DNA of 64,000 bases from Planctomycetota bacterium (GTDB taxonomy: Bacteria > Planctomycetota > PLA2 > JAEUHO01): NCBI GenBank assembly GCA_965223505.1, contig CBDCWP010000044.1, positions 224,001-288,000 of the forward strand, given 5' to 3'. A model generated the notes under the pieces. The model saw only the letters and a program-made list of their open reading frames with translations, was not told where the DNA came from and ran no database searches. The position numbers and the translations under genes were made by a program. This document shows positions 9,270 through 18,473 of the stretch, one piece after another (positions within the stretch are counted from its first letter, which is position 1; every line of letters begins with the position of its first letter).

Positions 9270-9617
9270 TCATCCGCCCGCGCGCTTGACGGTCCAGCCG
9301 CGCGCTTCGAGCACGCCGACGAGCGCGTCGCGGTGATCACCCTGGATCTCGATCGTGTCGCCTTTGACGGCCCCGCCGGCGCCGCAGCGCGCCTTGAGCT
9401 GCTTGGCAAGCTGCTTGAGATCGGCGCCCGCCAGCGGAACGCCGGTGATGACGGTCACGCCCTTGCCCTTGCGGCCCTTCGTCGATCGGGAAACGCGCAC
9501 GATGCCGTCGCTCGGCGCGCCCGTGGAGGACGCCTTCTGCTTGCACCGGCACGCCGTCACGAGCCGGTTGCAATCCGGGCACATGCGGCCGTGATCGGTC
9601 GAGTAGACGCGCCGCAT
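9270..9617 (-). CDS. yciH: Translation initiation factor SUI1/YciH family
   Basis: VYSTD, KGRKGKGVTVI, CGAGGAVK and IEIQGDHRD motifs. Confidence 0.95.
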   Translation of the reverse strand: MRRVYSTDHGRMCPDCNRLVTACRCKQKASSTGAPSDGIVRVSRSTKGRKGKGVTVITGVPLAGADLKQLAKQLKARCGAGGAVKGDTIEIQGDHRDALVGVLEARGWTVKRAGG

Positions 9618-9796
9618 CACTCGGCCTGGGCCCGCACGTCGGCGCGTCCCTCCGCGTCGACCTCGACGTGGAGGACGTTGGCGCGGCAGCAGACCGGACA
9701 GTCTTCGACATAGCGCTGCCGCTCGCCTTGCGAAACGTCGATCGGGACGACGATCTCCTCGCCGCAGGCGTCGCACACGTAGGCGCCTTCGTTCAT
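9617..9796 (-). CDS. CPXCG-motif cysteine-rich small protein
   Basis: CDACGE...YVEDCPVCCRAN; TGATG-coupled to both neighbours. Confidence 0.9.
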   Translation of the reverse strand: MNEGAYVCDACGEEIVVPIDVSQGERQRYVEDCPVCCRANVLHVEVDAEGRADVRAQAE

Positions 9797-10104
9797 CAGT
9801 CCACGTAGGAGACGAGGTCGTCGGCGGTGTGGCGCCGCCCGTCGGGACCGTACGAGCGCACGCTCAGGCGCTCGCCTTCCGTATCGAGGACGTACGCGTT
9901 GCCCCAGGGGTCGAGGTCTTCGACGCCGATGTCCTTCAGGGAGGCCGGCTTCGACTCGTGCCGCCGCACCTGCTCGGAGAGGGCGGAGAGGTCCATGAGC
10001 GCCGCGCGACGCGCGGCCTTGATCTTTCAGCCTCACGGCGGCTTGATGAACGCGACGTAGCCACCGACGAGGGCCAGCAGGACGAGGGGGACGGCGAACT
10101 TCAC
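9796..10104 (-). CDS. Putative selenoprotein: GspG/pseudopilin-like protein with U-G-U motif (TGAs 10035-10033 and 10029-10027)
   Basis: GTG 10104, TM segment KFAVPLVLLALVGGYVAFIKPP, then TGA-GGC-TGA-KIKAARRAAL in frame with ORF 9796..9996 carrying DPWGNAY and SYGPDG..T.DD; 102 aa. Confidence 0.7.
10001..10026 (-). promoter_or_regulatory. SECIS-like hairpin
   Basis: Stem GCCGCGC/GCGCGGC with loop GTC, 22 and 16 nt after the two TGAs. Confidence 0.6.
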
Positions 10105-10119
10105 GACGGACAGTATCCG

Positions 10120-10746
10120 TCAGAAATCGGGGCGCGCCAGCGGCCGCCCGGTCGTGTCGTAGGCGGCCGACGGAACGGCGATCTTCCGGGCGTCGGTGAG
10201 GGCCCAGACCATGAGCTTCGTCGGCGGCGCGTCCGCGGCCGCGCTCGGTCGCTCGGTCATCGATTCGTGCACGAACCCGAGCTTCTTCGGGACGTTCCAG
10301 CTCGATTCGTTGGCGGGCGCGCACACCATTTCGACGCGCGCCACGCCGTGCAACGCGAACGCGGCCCACACCATCGCCGCGGCGGCCTCCGTCGCGTAGC
10401 CGCGGCCGGTTTGGCGCACGTCGATCCAGTAGCCGATCTCGAGCGCGTCTTCGCCGGCCCGGCCGAGCAGCATGGTCTCTCCGAGCAGCGTCGTTTCGTC
10501 CCGCGAGAAGATGCCGTAGCAGAAGTCCTCGCCGTCGTAGAAGCGGCCGCGCCGCCACTGGATCCAGCCCACGGTGCCTTCGAGCGATTGCGGCTCGTGC
10601 TTCATGAACGGGACCCACGGCCGCAGATGCGCGTCGGACGTGTCGAGCGACTCCCGCACCCTGGGCGCGTCGCCCTCTCGCCACTGGCGAAGGACCAGAC
10701 GCTCGGTCTCGATGCGGTGAGCGGGCGGATGATTGGCGGGATTCAC
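10120..10746 (-). CDS. GNAT N-acetyltransferase, RimJ/RimL family
   Basis: IETERLVLR, EIGYW, GRGYATEA, N..S..V..KLGF. Start chosen at GTG 10746 (ORF extends to 10791). Confidence 0.9.
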   Translation of the reverse strand: MNPANHPPAHRIETERLVLRQWREGDAPRVRESLDTSDAHLRPWVPFMKHEPQSLEGTVGWIQWRRGRFYDGEDFCYGIFSRDETTLLGETMLLGRAGEDALEIGYWIDVRQTGRGYATEAAAAMVWAAFALHGVARVEMVCAPANESSWNVPKKLGFVHESMTERPSAAADAPPTKLMVWALTDARKIAVPSAAYDTTGRPLARPDF

Positions 10747-10793
10747 GTCGGCATCTTCATCGAGGTCGAACGAAGCGTCGTATCTTCCCACCG

Positions 10794-12059
10794 ATGCGTG
10801 TGCTGATCCAAACCCTGGGCAGCGCGGGGGACGTTCACCCGTTCATCCCCATCGGTGCGACGTTGCGCGACATGGGACACGACGTCGTCGTGTGGGGCAA
10901 CGAGGCGTTCGAGTCGGTGATCACCGGCGCCGGCCTCGCGTTCGTCGAAGCCGGCACGAAAGCCGAGCTCGAAGCGACGATGGCCGATCCCGACTTGTGG
11001 CATCCGCGCAAGGGCCTCGACGTCGTCTTCGAGCAGGGCCTCGTCCCCAGCCTCGAGCCGACGCTGGATTCGATGCTGGAGCGGGTCGAGCACGGCAACA
11101 CGCTCGTCGTCGGCAGCACGCTCGGGCTCGCGTCGCGCATGCTGCGCGACATCGCGAAGGTGCCCATGGTCACGCTCCATCTCGCGCCGTGCGCGTTCCG
11201 ATCGACGCATCGCGCGCCGCGTCTGCCGGGCATGTGGGCGCCGGACTGGACGCCGCGCTGGTTGAAGCGCGCGTGGTGGTGGTTGAGCGACAAGGTCATC
11301 GACCCGATGCTCTGCCCGGCCCTCAACGAGCTGGGCGAGCAATACGGCCTGCCGCCGATCCGCAGCGCGATGGGGGTGTGGAACCACTCGCCGGACAAGA
11401 TCGTCGCGCTGTTCCCCGATTGGTTCGGCCCGCCGCAGCCGGACTGGCCGCCGCAGGTCGTCACGACGGGATTCCCGCTGTTCGATCAAGCCGCGGGTCG
11501 CGAGGTGGACGAGGCGCTGCACGCGTGGATCGACGACGGGGAAGCGCCGATCGTCGTCACCGCCGGATCGGCGAACGTGCACGGCGAGGCCTTCTACGAG
11601 GCGTCGATCGACGCGTGTCGCCGACTCGGCAGGCGCGCGCTGGTCATCACCAGCAATCGCGCGCTGCTGCCCGCGTCCCTGGGCGACGACGTGCGTCACG
11701 CGGCCTACGCGCCGTTCAGCCGCGTGCTCCCGAAGGCGGCGGCGCTGGTTTCGCACGCCGGTGTCGGCACCTGCGCGCAGGCCCTTGCCGCGGGTGTGCC
11801 GCACCTCGCCCGTCCGATGGCGTTCGACCAACCCGACAACGCCTCGCGACTCGAAGACCTGGGCGTCGGCGCTTCGCTGCCCGCGGCGCGCTACAACGAG
11901 CGTCGCGCCGCGAAGATGCTCGCGCGCCTGCTCGAAAGCGAGACGGTGCAGGACGCGTGCCGGCGCGTGGCCGCCCGCATGCCGTCGAACGACGAGGTTC
12001 TCCGAGAGATCTGCGAACAGATCGTGAGCGCCGCCGACGCGGCGCCTACTGCTTCTTGA
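10794..12059 (+). CDS. GT1 family glycosyltransferase (RhlB/sterol glucosyltransferase-like)
   Basis: GSAGDVHPF, HAGVGT and FDQPDNA motifs. Confidence 0.9.
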   Translation: MRVLIQTLGSAGDVHPFIPIGATLRDMGHDVVVWGNEAFESVITGAGLAFVEAGTKAELEATMADPDLWHPRKGLDVVFEQGLVPSLEPTLDSMLERVEHGNTLVVGSTLGLASRMLRDIAKVPMVTLHLAPCAFRSTHRAPRLPGMWAPDWTPRWLKRAWWWLSDKVIDPMLCPALNELGEQYGLPPIRSAMGVWNHSPDKIVALFPDWFGPPQPDWPPQVVTTGFPLFDQAAGREVDEALHAWIDDGEAPIVVTAGSANVHGEAFYEASIDACRRLGRRALVITSNRALLPASLGDDVRHAAYAPFSRVLPKAAALVSHAGVGTCAQALAAGVPHLARPMAFDQPDNASRLEDLGVGASLPAARYNERRAAKMLARLLESETVQDACRRVAARMPSNDEVLREICEQIVSAADAAPTAS

Positions 12060-12606
12060 TCCGCAACGAGTAGTCGACGGCGGTCACGACGCCTTCCTCG
12101 TCGGTCGTCACGATGTAGCCGCTGACGTCGTCGAAGAACGTCCCGCGAACGAAGATCCACTTGCTGCCCTCGTTCCGGATCGCCTTCGGCGACTCCTTGT
12201 CGCCGAACGTGTGGATCGGATAGATCGCGTCGAGCGCGGCCTCGAAGACCTTCGCGTCCGCCTCGGACGTCAGCCGGAATTCCGGGCGCAGCATCTTCAG
12301 CAGCCACGGTGTCGACTGGTTCGTCGTCGGCTTGTCCACGTCTACGAACTGGCCCCCGACCCGCGCCAGCTGCAGGCCGACGGTCTGCGAAGAGCTTCCC
12401 TGGGAGACCTTGACGTCCACCTCGTAGAACGTGGCGGCGAACGCCTTGCCGAGCGCCTCGGACTCGACTTTCTTCGCCTCGGTGGTGATGCGGCGCATGA
12501 CCTCGGCCTCGAGCGCCTTCGACTCTTCGTCGGTCAGCGGATCGGCGAACACGGTCGTGGCGATCAGGATCGCCACCGACGCACCCACGAGAGCCGGCTT
12601 GAACAT
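12046..12606 (-). CDS. Exported hypothetical protein
   Basis: GGAG RBS, signal peptide MFKPALVGASVAILIATTVFA, plausible globular sequence. Confidence 0.7.
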   Translation of the reverse strand: MFKPALVGASVAILIATTVFADPLTDEESKALEAEVMRRITTEAKKVESEALGKAFAATFYEVDVKVSQGSSSQTVGLQLARVGGQFVDVDKPTTNQSTPWLLKMLRPEFRLTSEADAKVFEAALDAIYPIHTFGDKESPKAIRNEGSKWIFVRGTFFDDVSGYIVTTDEEGVVTAVDYSLRIKKQ

Positions 12607-12708
12607 GGCATGTCTCCATTGCTTTGGACCTGAGGCGCGACAGCCTACCGCGAGGCCCGGGTGCTGCGCGGTTGACGCACGGGCGCGCTTCGCGTTCCCT
12701 ACCAAGCC

Positions 12709-13584
12709 ATGGACGTCCACCTGATCGACGGTACGTACGAGCTGTTCCGGCACTTCTACGCGCTGCCTTCGCGGCGCAACGCGGACGGCGACGAGGTTGC
12801 GGCGGCTCGCGGCGTGGTCGAGTCCGTGCTACGACTCCTCGAAGACGGCGCGACCCACGTCGCCGTCGCGACGGACCACGTCATCGAGTCGTTTCGCAAC
12901 GAGCTCTGGCCCGAGTACAAGACCGGTGAGGGCATCGACCCCGAGCTGTTCGCACAATTCCCGCTGCTCGAGGACGGGCTCGAGGCGCTCGGGGTCGTCG
13001 TCTGGCCGATGGTCGAGTACGAGGCCGACGACGCCATGGCCGCCGGCGCGGCGATGGCCGCACAGGACGCGCGTGTCACGCGAGTGCTCATCTGCACGCC
13101 GGACAAGGACCTCGCGCAGTGCGTCGACGACGAGCGTGTCGTCCAGCTGGACCGGCGCAAGGGCGTCGTGATCGACCGCCAGGGCGTCATCGAGAAATTC
13201 GGGGTGCCGCCGGAGTCCATTCCCGACTACCTGGCGCTGGTCGGCGACAGCGCCGACGGGTTTCCGGGTCTGCCCGGATGGGGTGCGAAGTCGAGCGCCG
13301 CCGTGCTGTCGCGCTACGGGCACATCGACGCGATTCCGGACGAGGCGGATGTGTGGGATGTAAAGGTGCGCGGCGCCGCGCGTCTGGCGGCCACGCTGGC
13401 AGAGAACCGCGAGCGGGCGCTGTTGTTCCGGCAGATCGCCACGGTCGTTCGCGATGCGCCGGTGTCGGAGACGGTCGACGACCTGCGGTGGAAGGGGCCC
13501 GGCGAGGACTGGGCTGCAACATGCGAGGCGCTCGACGCGCCAGGCTGGGAGGGGCGGATGTCCCGCCTGCTGAGCCGGGCCTGA
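12709..13584 (+). CDS. 5'-3' exonuclease / flap endonuclease (Pol I N-terminal-like)
   Basis: LIDG, FRNEL.PEYK, YEADD, DKDL.Q and LVGDSADGFPGLPG.G.KS motifs. Confidence 0.95.
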   Translation: MDVHLIDGTYELFRHFYALPSRRNADGDEVAAARGVVESVLRLLEDGATHVAVATDHVIESFRNELWPEYKTGEGIDPELFAQFPLLEDGLEALGVVVWPMVEYEADDAMAAGAAMAAQDARVTRVLICTPDKDLAQCVDDERVVQLDRRKGVVIDRQGVIEKFGVPPESIPDYLALVGDSADGFPGLPGWGAKSSAAVLSRYGHIDAIPDEADVWDVKVRGAARLAATLAENRERALLFRQIATVVRDAPVSETVDDLRWKGPGEDWAATCEALDAPGWEGRMSRLLSRA

Positions 13585-13603
13585 GCGGCGAAGGAGACTT
13601 CAC

Positions 13604-13705
13604 ATGCAGATCGCCGCTCGCTCGTTCCTGGTTCTCTCCCTGATGGCCTGTCTCGCTTGCGCAGACGAAGAGGCGCCTCGTCCCGGCGGCGACCTCGTCG
13701 AGTAG
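13604..13705 (+). CDS. Possible 33-aa lipopeptide or truncated lipoprotein
   Basis: AAGGAG RBS; MQIAARSFLVLSLMACLACADEEAPRPGGDLVE-TAG; fills the intergenic gap. Confidence 0.4.
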   Translation: MQIAARSFLVLSLMACLACADEEAPRPGGDLVE

Positions 13706-13714
13706 TCGCGCTTC

Positions 13715-14596
13715 CTACTTGTCGTCGCCACCCTCGCCGGACGATTCATCGCCGCCGTCGCCGGCGCCCTCGCCGTCGTCGTCCGCGGCGTCGGCCTTCT
13801 GGAGCTCCTCGAGGGACTTGATGGAGGCCGTCTTCGCGTCCGCGACGACCTTGCGGACGTCGTCGAGCGGCAGCAGGAACGGGCGACTGCTGGATCCCTC
13901 GCCGACGCCCCGCTGGATCGCGCTCGCACCGGCAACGGCGCCGTCGGCCGTGTAGAGCGGCATGCCGACGAATTGACCGCGCCCGCTGATCACCCACATC
14001 GTGTGCGGCTTGGTGACCTTGCCGAGGACGCGAACGCTGTCGCAGAACGGGGCGTGATCGAATCCCTGATCGAGGCGCGTGACACCGTAGAGCGTCTGGC
14101 CGATGCGGGGCGGGGCGGTCTTGCTCATGTCGACGGTCGCGAGCTTCTTCCCTTCGTCGAGGCCGTCGATGAGCACGAACGCCAGCCCGAACTTGCTGTC
14201 CTTGGCACCCATGATCGCGGGGTGCTCTTTCTCGCTCCCCGGAAACACGACGCGGATGTTCGTCGGCGTCGCGGTCACGTTGAAATTGCGGCCACCTCGC
14301 CCGCCGCGTCCGCGACCGCGGCCGGGCGGGCGGGCGCGCGCCTCGAACGCGCTCGCGCGCACCATCACGAGTCCGCACGCGTCGACCACGACACCGCGCG
14401 TACTCGCATTGCGCTCCTGTTCGCGTTGTGTGCCGCCCATCTCGAACGTGATCTGCAGCACGAACTTGATCGACACAAGCGTCGGCGCCTTCGCCGCGAT
14501 GAGCTGCTTGTGGGGGCCGTCGCCGGGCTCCGCCAGGGCGGACGGGGCGAGGCACGTGAGAGCGAGGAAAGTGACAGTCGAGAGGAAGATCTTCAT
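13715..14596 (-). CDS. Exported trypsin-like-fold protein apparently lacking catalytic residues
   Basis: Signal peptide; GVVVD..GLV, D...LAFV, IGQTLY and GMPLYTADGAVAG in HtrA-like order but no GNSGG. Confidence 0.6.
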   Translation of the reverse strand: MKIFLSTVTFLALTCLAPSALAEPGDGPHKQLIAAKAPTLVSIKFVLQITFEMGGTQREQERNASTRGVVVDACGLVMVRASAFEARARPPGRGRGRGGRGGRNFNVTATPTNIRVVFPGSEKEHPAIMGAKDSKFGLAFVLIDGLDEGKKLATVDMSKTAPPRIGQTLYGVTRLDQGFDHAPFCDSVRVLGKVTKPHTMWVISGRGQFVGMPLYTADGAVAGASAIQRGVGEGSSSRPFLLPLDDVRKVVADAKTASIKSLEELQKADAADDDGEGAGDGGDESSGEGGDDK

Positions 14597-14692
14597 GGGC
14601 GCTCCGCCGACATCGTGGCAGGTTGGGCGTAACGGCTCAAGCCCCTTCGGGAGTACGGTATTCGGCGCCCTCGAGCCGGATGGAGTGTGACG

Positions 14693-16006
14693 ATGAAGAT
14701 CTGCGTCGTGGGAACGGGCTACGTCGGATTGGTGACCGGCGCGGGCTTCGCGGAGATGGGCAACGACGTCGTCTGCGCGGACCTCGACGAAGGCAAGATC
14801 GCCGCGCTCGAACGCGGCGAGACGCCGATCTCGGAGCCGGGGCTCGACTCGATGATCGCGCGAAACGTCGCGGGCGGGCGCCTGACGTTCACGACCGACG
14901 TCGAGTCGGCGGTCGCGGACGCGGAGGCGATCTTCGTTGCGGTCGGCACGCCCCAGCGCTCGGACGGCGGCGCCAACCTGTCTGCCGTCGATGCGGTGGC
15001 GGAGACCGTTGCGAACGCGTCCAAGCGCGAGTGCGTGCTGGTGCTGAAGAGCACCGTGCCGGTCGGAACCAACGAGCGCGTGAGCCGCATCGTGAAGAAG
15101 GTGACCGACCATCCCATTCACGTCGTCAGCAATCCGGAGTTCCTCAAGGAGGGCGACGCCGTCGGGGACTTCCTGCGTCCCGACCGCATCGTGATCGGCT
15201 GTCAGGCCGACGACGAGTTCGCGCGCGATCTGATGAGCCGGCTCTATCACCCGGTCTCGCTTCGCCGCGACAAGACGGTCTGGATGTCGCCCCAGAGCGC
15301 GGAGATCACGAAGTACGTCGCGAACACGATGTTGGCGATGCGGATCTCGTTCATGAACGAGATCGCGGCGCTGTGCGAGCGGGTCGATGCGGACGTCAAC
15401 GACGTTCGCATGGGCGTCGGATCCGACCACCGCATCGGTCCGGAGTTCCTCTACGCGGGCCCGGGCTACGGCGGCTCGTGTTTCCCCAAGGACGTCATCG
15501 CTCTCGTTCACGTGGGCCGGGAGTACGGCATGCCGCTCGAGCTGGCGCAAGCGACCGAGAACGTGAATCAACGCCAGAAGGGCGTGATGTTGCGCAAGCT
15601 CAAGGACCATTTCGAGGGCGACCTGCGCGGCAAGAAGGTCGCGCTGTGGGGCATCGCGTTCAAGCCGCGCACCGACGACATCCGCGAGTCGCCGGCCCTG
15701 ACGCTCATCGACGGGCTGTTCGCCGAAGGCGCGACGGTGTCCGCGCACGATCCCGAGGCGGGGGACGAGGCGCGCCGTCGCTTCGGCGACGCGCTCGAGG
15801 TCGTCGACGGTCCCTACGAGGCCGTGAGAGACGCGGACGCGCTCGTTCTCGTGACGGAGTGGCGCGTCTACCAGAATCCGGACTTCGGGCGCATCAAAGA
15901 CGCGATGCGAACACCGTTCCTGCTGGACGCACGCAACATCTGGGCGACGTACGGGCTTCGCAAGCAGGGCTTCGACTACACCGGGATCGGCGTGCGCGGC
16001 AGCTGA
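14693..16006 (+). CDS. ugd: UDP-glucose/GDP-mannose dehydrogenase
   Basis: GTGYVG, KSTVPVGT, SNPEFLKEG, GYGGSCFPKD and FKPRTDDIRES motifs. Confidence 0.95.
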   Translation: MKICVVGTGYVGLVTGAGFAEMGNDVVCADLDEGKIAALERGETPISEPGLDSMIARNVAGGRLTFTTDVESAVADAEAIFVAVGTPQRSDGGANLSAVDAVAETVANASKRECVLVLKSTVPVGTNERVSRIVKKVTDHPIHVVSNPEFLKEGDAVGDFLRPDRIVIGCQADDEFARDLMSRLYHPVSLRRDKTVWMSPQSAEITKYVANTMLAMRISFMNEIAALCERVDADVNDVRMGVGSDHRIGPEFLYAGPGYGGSCFPKDVIALVHVGREYGMPLELAQATENVNQRQKGVMLRKLKDHFEGDLRGKKVALWGIAFKPRTDDIRESPALTLIDGLFAEGATVSAHDPEAGDEARRRFGDALEVVDGPYEAVRDADALVLVTEWRVYQNPDFGRIKDAMRTPFLLDARNIWATYGLRKQGFDYTGIGVRGS

Positions 16007-16026
16007 CAATCGACTAGTCTCTGCCC

Positions 16027-16299
16027 ATGCCCTGTCTCGTCGTCCTGATCGCCCTCGCCGCGCCGCGCCTGGCGATCGTGCTCGTCGTCATCTTCAGCGA
16101 TTACATCGGGCAGGCGTATCAGTCAGTCTGGGTGCCGCTGCTGGGGTTCTTCTTCCTGCCGCTCTCGACGCTGACGTACGCGTGGGCCATGCACTCACGC
16201 GGGGGCCTCGAGGGCCTGCCGCTCGTCGTGTTCATCATCGCGGTGTTGGTCGATCTGGGGGTCCTCGGCGAAGGAAGCAAAAAGAAGCACCGCCGGTAG
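16027..16299 (+). CDS. Small membrane protein
   Basis: Three hydrophobic segments; PRL and LGFFFLP.STL.Y motifs. Confidence 0.8.
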   Translation: MPCLVVLIALAAPRLAIVLVVIFSDYIGQAYQSVWVPLLGFFFLPLSTLTYAWAMHSRGGLEGLPLVVFIIAVLVDLGVLGEGSKKKHRR

Positions 16300-16393
16300 C
16301 ACGAATCCTCGAGCTCGTGTGCCGTGAATTAGCGGAAGACGATGATGCTCCGCCCTTCGACGGGCGTTTCAATGGACGTACGGAGGGCCTTGC

Positions 16394-17431
16394 GTGAGAC
16401 GGTGCGTGGGAATCGGCGTCTTCGCGGTGCTGGGGACGGTCGCGTTCCTAGCCGCCGGGCCGCCTGTGTCCGGCGATCCGGCCTGGCCGTACCCGACCGG
16501 AATCTCGGAGCAGAAGCACGAAGGTCGCGAGTTCGAGATCTACATCCCGGACGACGTCCATGATCCGAAGGCGGGCTACTCGCTCATCGTCACGATCACC
16601 GCCGAGGCCGACGATTTGGAGCACCTGGGCGTCCATCGCTACATCGTCGTCGCGCCGAAACCGAAGAGCGGTGTGAGGACCGTTTGGAGCGCGGCGGAGG
16701 TCAAGGAGCTTCACGCCCTCACCAAGTATCTGACGAAGCAGCTCGAGATCGAAGAGCACCGCGTTCATGCCGTGGGCATGAACGAGATTCAAGGCGTCTT
16801 CGGCTTGATGGTCTTCGGCAAGGGCAGCCCGTTCGTGAGCGCCACGTTCGTGGACACCGCGTTTCGCGGCGGATCCGTTTCGAGCCATCTCAAGAAGAGG
16901 CTCAACGTGCTCGCCTTCGACTTCGACGGCACGCACGCCGGCGGCATCAAGACGATCGAGGAATCGCTGCGCGGCAAGGTGAAGACGGTCGAGCTGTCTT
17001 CCGCGACGGCCGGTATCCACGGCGAGTACTTCCGATATTGGCTCGGGGTGATGGACGGGCGGTTCGAGCCCGGCCACGACCTTTCCCTCGACTGGGAGAC
17101 CGACGCCGACGCGGCGCAGGACATCCCGGGGCAGGTCAAAGCGTCGAAGAAGTGCGCGCTCGTCTACTTCTGGTCGCCGTCCGACAAGGACGACGCGGAC
17201 GCGAAGGCCTTGCAAAACGAAACCTTCTTCGATCCCGTGATTCGCGCGTACGGGAAGCGCGTGATGCCGTACATGCTGCAGCGCGAGGAGCACCCGAAGC
17301 TCTTCGAGGCGCTCGGGCTGGAGCGGACTCCGGCCGTGGCGGTCGTCGACAAGGAAGGCAGGACCAAGCTCTTCGAAGGCGCGATCAGGATGAAGGCGCT
17401 GGCCAAGGCGTTGAAACGCGCGACGAAGTAG
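16394..17431 (+). CDS. Exported protein: degenerate alpha/beta-hydrolase-like region plus C-terminal thioredoxin-like domain without CxxC
   Basis: Signal peptide; IVVAP..W, RVHAVG; C-terminal ALVYF...TPAVAVVD.EG. Confidence 0.55.
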   Translation: MRRCVGIGVFAVLGTVAFLAAGPPVSGDPAWPYPTGISEQKHEGREFEIYIPDDVHDPKAGYSLIVTITAEADDLEHLGVHRYIVVAPKPKSGVRTVWSAAEVKELHALTKYLTKQLEIEEHRVHAVGMNEIQGVFGLMVFGKGSPFVSATFVDTAFRGGSVSSHLKKRLNVLAFDFDGTHAGGIKTIEESLRGKVKTVELSSATAGIHGEYFRYWLGVMDGRFEPGHDLSLDWETDADAAQDIPGQVKASKKCALVYFWSPSDKDDADAKALQNETFFDPVIRAYGKRVMPYMLQREEHPKLFEALGLERTPAVAVVDKEGRTKLFEGAIRMKALAKALKRATK

Positions 17432-17493
17432 GCGGTATGAGGGGGCGGGCGTTAGGCGTCGGTAGGATGGACGCGGTCGCCCGGAGGCCTGTC

Positions 17494-18360
17494 ATGCAGA
17501 AGATCACGCTGGTGCTCGCCGTCGTCGGCATCGGGTTCGGCGTCGTCGCGCTCATCGAGAACCGCGACCTGCGATCGGAGCTGGAGTCCCGCGAGCTGAT
17601 CGGATTCGTCGGAGACCCCGCTCAACCGCGCGAAAGCACGGAGCGAGACGTGTTGCGCCGTCTCGAGGCCGTCGAGGAAGACGTCGCGCGGGTCGATCGG
17701 GTCGTGACCGCGAAGGAGAAGGAGCCGGATGTTCCCGGTTTGGAGGGGCGGCCGAGTCTGCCGTCGATGCCGTCCCCCGATCCCGAAGGCGAAAGCGAAG
17801 CGGAGGCGGCGGCGCGGATCGCGGCGTTGGTCGACGTGGCCGTGGAGAAGCGCACCGCGCTCTACGAGGCCATGAAGAACAAGAAGCCGTCGCTGGACGC
17901 GTTCGCCAAGGCACTCGAGCTGACGGCCGAGCAACGCGCAGCAACCGAGGCCGAGGTCCTTCGCGGTCAGCGGGAGATCAAAGCGCTCTTGGAGACCGTC
18001 AGCGACGAGGGCACGAACTTCAAGGAGGAGCTGGTCGAGGTGCTGGCGACCGGCATGGCGAAGCCCGGCCAGGGGGGCGCCCGGTGGGGGAAGCTCTTCT
18101 CGAAGCTGGTCACCGAAATGGTGCCGGGCACCGATCAGACGTATGCCGAGGCGGCCAATGCGGTCAAGCAGTCCGTGCGCGAAGGATTCCGCCGGCACAT
18201 GGACGAGCGGCAGTACGCGCGCTTCGAAGCCTGGCAGATGGATCCCACCGAGGTGCAGGGCATCCCCGGAAGTCCGTGGGAGGAGCTGCAGCCGCTGATC
18301 GTCGAGCGCGCGCGTGAGCTGGGCGCGGACATTCCGGACGACGTCGGCCTCGCGAAGTAG
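17494..18360 (+). CDS. Membrane-anchored coiled-coil hypothetical protein
   Basis: GGAGG RBS, N-terminal TM, helical charged body. Confidence 0.7.
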   Translation: MQKITLVLAVVGIGFGVVALIENRDLRSELESRELIGFVGDPAQPRESTERDVLRRLEAVEEDVARVDRVVTAKEKEPDVPGLEGRPSLPSMPSPDPEGESEAEAAARIAALVDVAVEKRTALYEAMKNKKPSLDAFAKALELTAEQRAATEAEVLRGQREIKALLETVSDEGTNFKEELVEVLATGMAKPGQGGARWGKLFSKLVTEMVPGTDQTYAEAANAVKQSVREGFRRHMDERQYARFEAWQMDPTEVQGIPGSPWEELQPLIVERARELGADIPDDVGLAK

Positions 18361-18473
18361 GCCGCAAGACGAATCGCGAATCCTAATCCGCTCCAAAGCG
18401 CGCGCTCAGCCCGGCGCAAGATCGCACGCCTACGGTCCCACGCATTGGACACGAGATCCCGAAAGGAGCTCCA

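Noticed and set aside
13715..16009. Single 764-aa minus-strand protein
   Set aside because: The first part is the antisense of ugd; the real gene starts at ATG 14596 with a signal peptide.
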